DNA of 63,255 nucleotides, counting the filler, from Reclinomonas americana ATCC 50394 (lineage: Eukaryota), in the NCBI GenBank assembly GCA_048213135.1. It is 32 parts of 32 records of this genome, joined end to end, with 100 filler letters (N's around TTAATTAATTAA, not from the genome) between each part and the next. Parts side by side here need not be neighbours in the genome. Positions count along the whole stretch, not along the records: positions 21,983 to 23,863 come from AFZH01025133.1; positions 23,964 to 25,845 come from AFZH01025134.1; positions 25,946 to 27,826 come from AFZH01025135.1; positions 27,927 to 29,806 come from AFZH01025136.1; positions 29,907 to 31,785 come from AFZH01025137.1; positions 31,886 to 33,766 come from AFZH01025138.1; 26 more parts are not named here. One strand, written 5' to 3'. The notes under the pieces are model-generated. The model was not told the origin of the DNA and did no database searches. It saw nothing but the letters and a program-made list of their open reading frames with translations. Positions 22,714 through 33,866 of the stretch are shown piece by piece. Each line of letters begins with the position of its first letter. Within the stretch, counting starts at the first letter, position 1. A program made the translations under genes and the position numbers.

Positions 22714-23297
22714 GGGAAACGCTGGAGGGAGGGAGAGAGAGTGAGTGAGTGTCGAGAGAAGAGTCAAGAGTCAAGAGCAGAGAGCAAACACCGCACCAAC
22801 TTGTGATTGAAAAACGCTCGTGGACAGATCGATGGATGAGTCACTGCGAGTGGACAGATGCTCTGGATCGAGATGGTGGCTTGATATGAGGGGGCGGGTG
22901 AGTGCCTGCTCCGTGTCGTCGAGTGTGCTTCAATGTGCAAGCGAGCGACGAAGACAGAGCACAGCGTCGATCGTGGACAAACACCGATGAGTCATTGCGA
23001 CTGGACAAACACCTTTTGATCGACAAGCGAGAGACATGAGGTGCGTGCGTCTGTCTGCATGTGTTGCTCTCTGTGCATGCGCCACACGTGAGAGAGCGAG
23101 TGAGAACGAGTGTGCAGCACAGCACGCCATGTCACACGCGATGGCGGCAACTCTGTGCACGCACACACACTCTCTCACACGCACACAGAGCACAGAGATC
23201 AGACAGAGCATTCCCTTGCCTCTCTCTTCCCACCCTCCCCCCTCCTCTCTCTCTCCCTCGAAAAAACAAGGAGTCAACTCACACTTGTCCCACACAG

Positions 23298-23861
23298 CAT
23301 CCAGTTCTCTCTTGGCGGCAGCAAAGACCACAAGAGCGCAGCTGCATCAGCTGCTGCTCCTGCAGCAGTGCGCTTTGCAGCAGCACCAGCACCACCCGCT
23401 GCTGCATTCGGACACGACTCTGACGACGAGGAGGAGATTGAGCGGCGTCGACTGGGCATTGGACGCACCGAGATGATCGACTCGATGGCCGGTGGACGCA
23501 TGCGAGGGTGCGTACACAACAAAGCGTTTCCCAGCCTTGATGAGTTTCCTCCCGCGCTTATTTGCATTTCGTCATGTTTGTGTAGATCGGGACCGGCAGC
23601 TGCGGAAGACGCGCCGATTGTCATTCCGTGTCAGGGCAATTCGTGGCAGCCGGGCTCGCGCGAGTCTCTGCCGTTGGTGTCGATGGCGGCGGGGCGGGTG
23701 AGTGAGGCGGCCAAGATGGAGGAGGCGGCGGCGGTGGATACGGCGGCGACGGCGGCGACGCGGTCGACGCATTTGCTGCCCAAGTCGATGAAGGTGGATG
23801 AGGGGAGAAGTGAGGAGGAGATGGCGTTGGATAGGATGGCGGCGGATGCGATTTTGCAAGG
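23298..23861 (+). CDS. Possible GPKOW/MOS2/Spp2-like splicing factor, N-terminal fragment
   Basis: IQFSLG...AFGHDSDDEE...IVIPCQGNSWQP...LDRMAADAIL resembles the GPKOW/MOS2 N-terminal motifs; the G-patch itself is not in the contig. Confidence 0.45.
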
Positions 23862-24656
23862 TCNNNNNNNNNNNNNNNNNNNNNNNNNNNNNNNNNNNNN
23901 NNNNNNNTTAATTAATTAANNNNNNNNNNNNNNNNNNNNNNNNNNNNNNNNNNNNNNNNNNNNGCATATGAGAGAGCACAGTGGACGCAACAATGTCGTA
24001 CTCTGTATATATGTGTGTGTGTGTGGCAGAGTGTCAGTGTGAGTGAGAGACAAGAGTGTGCGCGCAACAGAGTCACCTTTTGTGTATGGATCACGCTGTG
24101 AGTGGTGCACGGCATGTGAGTGAACAGTGTGGCTATTTGCAGCAGCTTACACACACAGACGCACCTGTAAGGAGGTGAGAGGCAGAAGCAGCTCGGCAAT
24201 GTCGTCCATGTGAGTGAGTGAGAAGAAACGATTTTGAGATGTCCTGCTCAGTGTTGGCGATGGTTTGCAGGGTGTAATGATGGCCACTGTGCAGGTGGAG
24301 AGGTCCACGAACGTGCGTTGCACCAAGGCGCGCACAGGAGAGAAGCAACGAACGTCGAGAACAATGTCGACGTCGGCTTGTCGCGCGCACTCTCACGATC
24401 TGAGCGGCTGCAAAGTCGAGCGTGCATAGTCACTACAGGCAACGTGCTTATGTAGACTTTAGCGGATCAGAACCGCAGCAGCTGTCTCCTACAGCACGCG
24501 ACGTCGGGAAACGTCGCGCGCAGTGGCGTGTTCCTCGCTCTCTCTTGCTCTCCATTACACGCACTCGAGCAGAGGCACATGCACACACCCAACTCTGCGC
24601 GCATGCCACGCACCTTGCAAACAACGACGGACAACACAACAACACGACAGGACACC

Positions 24657-25192
24657 ATGGAATCGATGCGAGGTGATCACTCCCTCTCTCAGTTTCTCTC
24701 CTCCTCTGCTCATGTGTGTGTCAGGACGTATGGTGCGCATGCGCATTGCCTATCAAGAAGGCGTGGCAGAGACCGCGCGATTCATTGACTCTGTTACGTG
24801 ACAAACACTGACTGACGAGAGCCGCGCCGAGTGTCTCACATACGCGCGCACACACAGATGCCGCACTTTGACGCACAAGCAGAGGTAAACACATGCAGCC
24901 TCTCTCACTGTATGTGTCTGTGACTCACTCGTGCGCACGCAGGAGCTGGAGGAGTTTTTGCGTCACAGCCCGGCCACACCTGTCAAGTTCATCGGGTCGC
25001 CCAAGTTGCGCAACACACGCACACTATGACAGAGACAGAGACACACACGGGCACTCAATGCTCTGTCTCCGCACAGGCGACTTCACCAGCAGCAGCCTTC
25101 CACACCTGCCGGACACGATCTCAATGCCTCGTTTGACTCGTCGCCCATGCAGCAGAGACCCGCGTGACGACATGCGAGGCAAAATGTATTAA
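24657..25192 (+). CDS. Multi-exon hypothetical protein, 3' end
   Basis: Short exons splice in frame (RMVRMRIAYQEGVAETARFIDS|MPHFDAQAE|ELEEFLRHSPATPVKFI|...GKMY*); converges on the RNase T2 gene. Confidence 0.45.
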
Positions 25193-25264
25193 CTTTCTCT
25201 CTCTGTTCAACAGCACTACACACAAAAAAACAAGCAGTCGACTTGCGCGCGCACGCGGGTGCGC

Positions 25265-25748
25265 TTACTGCCGCGGAGGCAGGTACATGGGATCGGAGCA
25301 CTTTTGAGACTCCTCAATGATGAGCCCGACGCACTCGGTCCACTGTCAAGGGAGTGAGACGAGACGAGGACAAGAGACAGCGCGCATGCACAAGAACGCA
25401 ACGTTCATGTTGGCATCGACGCAGACCTCGACCGAGTCGAGCATCAGCTGATCGTTGAACTTGGTGCAGCTCAGTGCCGGCGCGTAGCCCGTCTTGGCCT
25501 TGAGCGCGCTGATCACAGCGTCCACAGACACCGCTACACGTACGTACAATGAGAGGATGCACAAGAGGCCGCAAGACAACAACAACAACAACAAACGCAA
25601 CGAGTGTCGTTGCTGGCCACAATGCCCGCATCCTGCAGCGCCTGCTCCGCATTGAGGCTCTCACGCAGACGCAGCGTGCCCTGGAAGAACGTCTGCTCGC
25701 TGGTGATGCTCGGCGCCTGTCCATTCATCGCACACGTGCCGTGCTTCT
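25265..25748 (-). CDS. Ribonuclease T2 family, 3' part (3 exons)
   Basis: KHGTC (end of conserved active-site segment II), FFQGTLRL..LQDAGIV, YAPALSC...LDSVEVCVDAN, terminal C...C.DPMYLPP*. Confidence 0.85.
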
Positions 25749-25945
25749 CTGTGATCACACAAAAAGATACAAAATAGGTGAGCCACACACACACACACAC
25801 ACACACACACAGCAGAGGCTACGGAAACACGGCAACAATCAGTTCNNNNNNNNNNNNNNNNNNNNNNNNNNNNNNNNNNNNNNNNNNNNTTAATTAATTA
25901 ANNNNNNNNNNNNNNNNNNNNNNNNNNNNNNNNNNNNNNNNNNNN

Positions 25946-27826
25946 CCTGCCGGTCCCGCCGGTACGGGCAAGACGGAGAGTGTGAAGGATCTGGCCAAGG
26001 CCATGGGCCTCATGTGCGTCGTCTTCAACTGCGGCGAGGGTCTGGACTACAAGGCCATGGGCTCCATCTTCTCCGGTCTGGCGCAATCGGGCGCCTGGGG
26101 CTGCTTTGACGAGTTCAACCGCATTGAGCTGCCGGTGCTCTCTGTCGTCTCCAATCAGATTCAGAAGATCCAGTCCGCACTCGGCCTGGGCCAAGAGATG
26201 TTCCACTTCGAGGGCCACTACATTCGCCTGAACCCGAAGATGGGTATCTTCATCACGATGAACCCCGGCTACGCCGGCCGTGTGGAGTTGCCCGACAACC
26301 TCAAGGCCCTCTTCCGCCCGTGCACCATGGTCGTGCCCGATCTGGAGATCATTTGCGAGATCATGCTTCTCTCCGAGGGCTTCACGCAAGCTCGCGTGCT
26401 GGCGCGCAAGATGGTGACGCTGTACTCGCTGGCCCGCGGTCAGTTGTCCAAGCAGCACCACTACGACTGGGGCCTCCGTGCCCTCAAGGCCGTGCTGGTT
26501 ATGGCCGGCTCGCTGAAGCGGTTCGCCATTCCGCCCCTCCCTGAATGTCACTTGCTGCCGCATGCATTGCTCACCTCGTACTCCGCTGTTGCAGTTCGGC
26601 GCCCAATCTCTCCGAAGACGTCGTGCTCATGCGCGCTCTTCGTGACATGAACGCGCCCAAGTTTGTGTTCGAGGACGTGCCGCTCTTCCTCGGCCTCATT
26701 GACGATCTGTTCCCGGGTCTCAAGGTCGACCGTGTGACCCACGAGGCCCTGACGGTCGCCATCACCAAGGCCCTGCAGAGCAAGAACTACCAGGTGCTGG
26801 CGAACCAGGTCGACAAGATCGTGCAGCTGTACGAGACCATGCTCACGCGCCACACGACAATGGTCGTCGGTCCAACTGGCGGCGGCAAGTCCGTGGTCGT
26901 GCAGACGCTGGCTGACGCACAGTCGGCCCTCGGCTACAAGACCAAGCTCTTCACCATCAACCCCAAGGCCCAGACTGTGCTGGAGTTGTACGGCGAGCTT
27001 GATCCGCACACTCGTGACTGGAAGGACGGTTTGCTGTCCAACATTTTCCGCCGCATGAACAACACTCCGTTCGAGTCTGACTCGGAGCGCCGGTGTGTCT
27101 CACTCTCTCTTTCTGCTGTTTGTGCACATGCTCTAGTTACTCATGCTGTGTGCGTTTTTCTCAGTTACATTGTGTACGACGGTGATGTGGATGCCGTGTG
27201 GGTGGAGAACATGAACTCGGTCATGGACGACAACAAACTGCTCACGCTGCCCAACGGCGAGCGCATTCAGCTGCGCTACCCGCAGGCTTGCATGCTTTTC
27301 GAGGTCGGCGACTTGCAGTACGCCTCGCCCGCGACAGTCAGTCGCTGCGGTATGGTGTACGTCGACCCGAAGAACCTCAACTACCAGCCGTACGTGTGGA
27401 AGTGGTTGACGGCGCGCCAGAATGCCGACCAAGTCAATTCACTGCGCCTCATGTTGGACAAGTACTTGGACGTGACGATTGCGTTTGTGCTGGAGGGCAA
27501 GATGCCGAATGGTATGTAGTTGTGTATGCTCCCCTCGTTCTCTTTATTTTTTGCTCACTCGTGCATGATTTTTCTGCCTCTCCGCAGGCGACATTGGCCC
27601 GAAGCTCAAGCTGTGCCTGCCGTACACCAATCTCAACATGACGACGCAGCTGTGCTCGCTCATCGACATGGTGCTGCCTCGCGACTGCGACATTGTCGAG
27701 CAGCGCCGCATCGAGTGCGTGATCATTTTCTGCATCACGTGGTCGGTCGGCGCCTGCATCATTGGCGACGACCGCAAGAAGTTCGACGAGCTCATCCGCC
27801 AGACCTGCGGTTGGTTGACGGTGGAC
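25946..27826 (+). CDS. DNAH10: Axonemal dynein heavy chain, inner-arm I1/f alpha type (DNAH10-like), AAA1-AAA2
   Basis: [119 protein letters not shown]. Confidence 0.9.
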
Positions 27827-27936
27827 NNNNNNNNNNNNNNNNNNNNNNNNNNNNNNNNNNNNNNNNNNNNTTAATTAATTAANNNNNNNNNNNNNNNNNN
27901 NNNNNNNNNNNNNNNNNNNNNNNNNNATCTGTATAG

Positions 27937-29806
27937 TCGCGTCACATTCGCCGGTGTGAGTTCCACCGTTGCTGGACAGGCGGGCGCTGCTCCTGGTGCC
28001 GTAGACAGCGTCATTGGCACGCAGTCTTCCTTTAACTTGCCAAGCGATGTGGCCGTCACGAGCGACGGGCTGCTGGCCTATGTGGCCGACAGTGGCAATC
28101 GTGTCATCCGTCGTGTCGATCTGGTGACCACGTCTGTGTTCACATTGGCCGGACTGAGTGGTGCCAGCGCCTCAGTGGTGGACGGCAAAGGATCAGCGGC
28201 ACGGTTCTCGTCGTTGACATCAGTCGCGGTCAACCCCACATTTGGCGTGCTGTATGTCACGGACGTTGCGTGCCTGTCTGTGTCTGTTTGTTGCTGATCA
28301 CTGTTGTTGAACTCACCAATGTTATTGAGCACAGGGAAGCACTGTGAGGCAGATGACGAGTGCAGGCATTGTCACGACGCTGGCCGGCATTAGTGGCAGC
28401 ACTGGTTGGACCGACGGCCTAGCCATGGCGGCTCTCTTTGATGGATCGGTGAGTGTTTCGTCATCGTGCGCCCTTTACTTCGAATTATCACAGCCTGATT
28501 CGTTGTCTGCTTGACTGCGCGCAGCAAGGCATTGCGGTTGATCCATCTCAATCGCAGTATCCGACTGCAGTCTATGTTGCTGGTACGGCTTCCTTTCCCG
28601 TCTCGTGAGACACATGGTAGCTGGCTGACACATGTGTGCGCAATGTTGCAGACGCAAACAGCAGCACAATTCGCCGCCTACTGGTTCCCACTGTCACTGT
28701 GCCAGCCACGCCACTCTCGGTTGCAGGCAACAGTCTAACGTCTATATCGTTGCCGTTGTACTCGCTGGCACCGTCGACTACGTACTACTATCGCGCTGTG
28801 GCTTCTGGGTCGCGTGGCCTCGTTTCTTCGTTCGCCACTCTGGCACTGCCGACGGCGACCACCGGTTCCGCGTCATCCATCACCTTCGTGTCGGCAGTGC
28901 TGACAGGCACGGCCAACGCTCATGGAGGGCTGGCTGTCACTGTCTCGTTTGAGCTGGCCACCAACGCGGGAATGACCGCACTCGTGGCCACACCCAGTGC
29001 CGGCACACTCACCAACGGTTCCTCGGGCGACTCGCTGTTCACCACCACAGTGTCGGCGCTGCAGCCCGGCACGACATACTATTTCCGAATTCTGGCCGTT
29101 GTCGGCTCCGGTGCCAGCACGCAGTACGGCTCTGTTGTGTCATTTGCAACCACAACGCCACCAACCAGCGGGTCTCTTTCCGTCAGCAGCATTCTGCCTT
29201 TTGCCGCCAGCTTGTCCGGCACGGTGAATGTGCACGGTGGACCGGCGGCCTCGACATCGTTTGAGATCACCACGGACAGCACGTTTGCGAGTGGGGTGAC
29301 GTCGCTGGCCGCCGGCACGGCCTCTGCGAGCCTGTCAATCGACGTGACCATCACCGCCTCAGCGAGTTCGCTGTCACCGGGCACCACCTATTACGTGCGT
29401 ATCGCCGTCCTGTCGAGTGGCAGTGGCGCTACGGTGCAGTACAGCAGCTCGACGTCGTTCACCACGATTACGTTGCCACTGGCGACCACTACCGTCGCCA
29501 CCAGTGTCACCACGAATTCGGCAGTGTTGACGGGCACGGTGGATGGCAATGGCGGCCTGGCAGTGACCGTGTCGTTCGAGGTGTCGTCCGACCGTGGAAT
29601 GAGTGGCAGCGTGACCACGTACTCGGCTGGTACCATCTCCGCACTGTCGACTGGTCCAGTGCCGTTCACTGTAAGCCTCGGCAATCTGGCCTCTGACCAC
29701 GCCACCTACTTCCGCATCAAGGCCGATGTCGGCAGTCCTACTCCGCCGCAGTACGGCGACACACTGGCGGTTGTGGCGGTTCAGGCGCCTGCAGCTACCA
29801 CTCTGG
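27937..29806 (+). CDS. Surface protein with NHL repeats followed by fibronectin type III-like repeats, partial
   Basis: FNLPSDVAVTSDG..YVADSGNRVIRRVD, DGKGSAARF and GIAVDP are NHL-like; repeated LxPxTTYYxR units are FN3-like. Confidence 0.8.
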
Positions 29807-29906
29807 NNNNNNNNNNNNNNNNNNNNNNNNNNNNNNNNNNNNNNNNNNNNTTAATTAATTAANNNNNNNNNNNNNNNNNNNNNNNNNNNNNNNNNNNNNN
29901 NNNNNN

Positions 29907-29945
<39 letters not shown>

Positions 29946-30085
29946 GTGCGAAATGCATGAGAAAAAATAAACAGACAATCAGCAATTGACACATGACATT
30001 AGTCATGACGGAGAGACAAGCTATGAGAGAAGCACCCTCTTCCCACCCTTTCCCCTTTAACCCCTTCCCCTTTTTCGAGACTCAC

Positions 30086-31180
30086 CGACAACCACTTCAA
30101 CAAATCGTCCTCCGGCATCCTGTTCACCACCGCATTCAGGGTGAACAACGCCGGGTCCGCCTCTACCTTGTCGCGCATCATCGTGGTCAACCGCTGCAGC
30201 TGGCGCGAGTCCCGCCGCGGGTCGACCAGCCTCAGCACGTCGCCCTTGTCGGTGAACAGCACGCTCTTGGTCTCGGCCGGCGACATGGGCGCCAGCAACT
30301 CCGACACGAGCTCAAACAGTTGCACGCCTGAAAGCGCACCGTTCTCGTGCGACAGACGCAGCTTCTTCAGCACGTCGCGGAAGAGCAAGCCTGTGGGTGT
30401 GAGGTAAAGGGCGGGTGAGGGGAAATGATGGGGGAAGGTAATAGGTGGGGAGGGAGAGGGTGGGGGAAGGGGAAAGGGCGGGGGAAGGGAGACGGTGGGG
30501 GAAGGGAAAAGGTGAGCGGAGGGACAAACGGCAGGCAGGCAAAACGCGAGACAGTGTGTATGTGTGTGCGTGTGTGCGCATGAATGAGAGAGAGAGAGAG
30601 AAAAATAGAGATCTGAAGCAAAAGGAAGCAAAATAAACAATCTGAGAGCAAGAAATGAGCGAGAATGAAGTGAGGCGAAGGAAAAAGAGCACGAGCCGAA
30701 GAAACCCACAAGCAAAGAGATACCCACTCCTTTCCCTCTCAGCCCTTTCCCTTCGTGCGCAACTGTCACCAGTTCTTGCCGAGTCGCGCACCACGCGAGA
30801 GAACACCTGGCCAAAGTATATGCACACCTTGGGGCAGTCCTCCCACAGCTCACCCGCCACTAGATCCTCCAGCACCTTGTCGAAGCTGCATGGACATCAA
30901 GCTTTCGTCAGTCAAGAAGTGCATGTCGTGCAGGAGATGGTATGCAACGCAACGCTTCGACAAACTGCTCGTGCGTCACCGTCTCCAGCAACTTCCAGTG
31001 CACGAGCAAGTCGGCCAGCAACTGCCGGTCGGAATCCTTCTTGTCGAACGACAAGAGCACACCGACAGCCACCACCTCCCGCGCAATCTCCTCGGCCGAC
31101 AGACCAAGATTCTGCAGCTCGCTAATGCCCTCCGTGGCCTCGGCCACCATCTTGAGGTCAAAGTACTCGACAAACAGACC
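30086..31180 (-). CDS. MA3-domain protein (eIF4G/PDCD4-like), internal exons
   Basis: EYFDLKMVAEA...EL...SFDKKDSDRQLLADLL...QFVEAFDKVLEDL..ELWEDCPKVCIYFGQVF matches the MA3 consensus (EY...EA..EL; D.P....LG). Confidence 0.75.
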
Positions 31181-31626
31181 CTGTAAAGGCATCGCCAATA
31201 CCATGAGCACGAAGGTGAAGGAGGAGAGGGAAGAGGAAGAGAATCAGAGTGGTGTATGCGGAGAAGGGGAAAAGGAGGAGAACAGAGAAAGTACAGGGGA
31301 ATTCTGCAGAGGAGAAAGAAAGACTGAGGCCATTGAGACAGTGCAGGGGAGATCAAGAAACACGAACACCTGACTGCAGGGAGGAAAGAAAGAAATGAAA
31401 GAAAAAGCGAAAGAGAAAGAAGGCGGCATCAAGGAACAAGGAGGAGGCGCACGCGGAGGGGTGTTATCGAAAAGGTGAAGAAGTACGAAAACTGTTAAGG
31501 TAGAAGGGATTGAGTGTGATCAGGACACGAAAAGATGATTAAGCGACTATAGACGAGGCGCAGATGAGGGGGTGGATCTGGAGGAGAAGTGGGAAAACAG
31601 GGGAATGCGAAAGAGAATGAGAGGTA

Positions 31627-31779
31627 TAGTGAGACCAGAGGCACAAGAGATGAAAACAGCTGCTGAGGTATACGGGAAGAAAACAAGTGCATTGTATGTC
31701 CCCTAGTGAGACCAGAGGCGCAAGAGAAGAAAACAGCTGCTGAGGTATACGCGGAGAAACGAATGCATTGTATGTCCCC
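31627..31779. repeat. 77-bp tandem duplication (2 copies)
   Basis: tagtgagaccagaggc.caagaga.gaaaacagctgctgaggtatacg...tgcattgtatgtcccc at 31627 and 31704. Confidence 0.9.
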
Positions 31780-32738
31780 TTCTCANNNNNNNNNNNNNNN
31801 NNNNNNNNNNNNNNNNNNNNNNNNNNNNNTTAATTAATTAANNNNNNNNNNNNNNNNNNNNNNNNNNNNNNNNNNNNNNNNNNNNAATCGATTCCTATTG
31901 CGATAACCTTGCCGACGGAGGGCCTGCCGGTGCTCGATTCAGTACGCTCAGCCTGCAGGTGAATGATCAAGCGCGAGTGCACGTCCTCCGCCGTGACGCT
32001 GCGGAGTTGGTTCTCGGCAATGACTGCGTGCATGCGTATGCGCGTGCGGTACTCCGGCTGTTTACGATCGTGGTCAGAGTTCGTTGCAGAACGTTTGCGA
32101 CGCTGGCTGACGCCTCGTGACGTCGCTGCGCTGCGGTTCTGCTGCCGAGCACTATTTCCTCGTCGATATGGGTCGGGAATCTTCGCAAGTTGCAACAAAA
32201 AACTGGTGAGAACAGGAAGTGTGGAACACTGACGGAGGAATCTTGGTCGCGTCGTGTCGATTCTCTGTGACAGACAGGATCTGGCGATTGCAGCGATTCC
32301 TCTGTACCTATGCATATATTCTCGTTCGCATAATTCTCTCAGGTTCTCAGTTTTTTTTATCTGCCTGTTGAGAGAGACACGTCCGCACACTGATGCGCGC
32401 AAGCGCAGCTCGCTCTCGCGAGACCGTCACTGGTGGTCACGGACGAGTGTTGTGACGCAGCAAACCCTTACCAACTCACATACACACACAAAAAAGAGAT
32501 GCTCGTTTACGCACACAATCACACAAGCATGATGTGCATCAAGCAAACAAGAAAAACACGGCACACAATAAAAAGAGAAATCCTCTCACTCACTCGTTCA
32601 CTCTCAACTTCACACACTCAAGTCATTCACAAAATGGGGAGTTAATGCTTACGACAACCACCACCACCACCACCACCACCGCCCTGCTCGCACAAACAAG
32701 TCTCTCTAACTGTTGTCTTGCGCGCGCACGTTCTTTTC

Positions 32739-32991
32739 TTAGTTGCCTCGTCTGCGCGCGATCCATCCGAGAATCGCAAACACAATGATGATGAGCAATG
32801 TCAGGCCTGCGCAAGCAAGGCACAACAGTGAGCGCGCGGGGAAAATGTCGCGCACATGTGCGCACAAACCCCCGGAAGATCACACACACACACGCATTTC
32901 TCTCGCTTGCTCTCTCGCTGCATGCACACACACATACACACACACGCGTGCACGCACCCAGAATCAGCGCAATCACGTCGCCAGCGTCCAT
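32739..32991 (-). CDS. SMIM30-like single-pass microprotein, 33 aa, 2 exons
   Basis: Exons 32991-32958 and 32806-32739 (GTGCGT...GCAG intron) give MDAGDVIALILGLTLLIIIVFAILGWIARRRGN*; compare the SMIM30 core AGDAIALLLG...ACLGxYARKR. Confidence 0.75.
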
Positions 32992-33187
32992 TGTTGCAAG
33001 TTTGTGTGTGAGACAATAGGCCAGTCGCGCTCGCTCTGTCTCGCATTGTACCTCTTACAAAAAACTCACACACACGAGCGCGGCCTCTTCTTCTGGTCTC
33101 TCTTTCTCTTGACTCTTCTTTTTGAGCAGGGCAACGGCTTTTGACGAGATAAACTCTATTATTTGAGAAGGAAAAACAGCGAAAAAA

Positions 33188-33709
33188 ATGACCGAGTCAG
33201 GCAGGGTGGCGTCCGCGTTTGTGAAGAAGTACTACACTTCGCTGTGCGAGGATGCACAGAGTGTGGTGCCCATGTATGGTATGCACCGAGTGCGAAAGGG
33301 GGGAGTTGAGTTGAGAGCGCTTAATGTGTGTCTCTGTGTGTAAATGCAGATGAGAACGCGTATGTGTCGCACCGACAAGACCCAGACATGGGCTTTGATG
33401 TGGGCTCGGGTCACGCGGTCAGTGTTATTTGCGCTCTCTCTCTCTGTATGTGTGTGTGTGCGTCTCTCACTGTGACTTGTCACAGGCGGTGCAGAGCGTG
33501 ATTCAGCAGCACCGCAGCGACTTCCATCGCGTGGTCATTAGCAGTTGCGATGACGGAGCGCACACACTGAGGGCTTGCTCTCGTGTTCTTCTTACACAGT
33601 GTGTGTAGGCTTTGACGTGCAGCCGACGGCATCCAACAGCATTGTACTGACTGTGGTCGGCTTCTACAAGAAGCACCACAGCGCCGACTGGCAGCGCTTC
33701 TTCCAGACA
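33188..33709 (+). CDS. NTF2-like domain protein (G3BP/NTF2 family), 5' part, 4 exons
   Basis: MTESGRVASAFVKKYYTSL...VVPMYDENA...VISSFDVQPTASNSIVLTVVGF...RFFQT. Not assembled in the ORF track. Confidence 0.75.
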
Positions 33710-33866
33710 GTGCGTTTGAACACACACACACACACACATACACAGAGCATGCGTGTGTGCGTGTGTNNNNNNNNNNNNNNNNNNNNNNNNNNNNNNNNNN
33801 NNNNNNNNNNTTAATTAATTAANNNNNNNNNNNNNNNNNNNNNNNNNNNNNNNNNNNNNNNNNNNN

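Noticed and set aside
25898..26563. Long antisense ORFs (also 8661-9389, 36141-37346, 50338-51000, 51604-52722 and 53675-54667) as overlapping genes
   Set aside because: These are shadow frames opposite GC3-rich real genes and carry no recognisable motifs.
31886..32402. Minus-strand ORF at a contig edge as a transposase or other gene
   Set aside because: No recognisable motif and no convincing exon structure; left unassigned.
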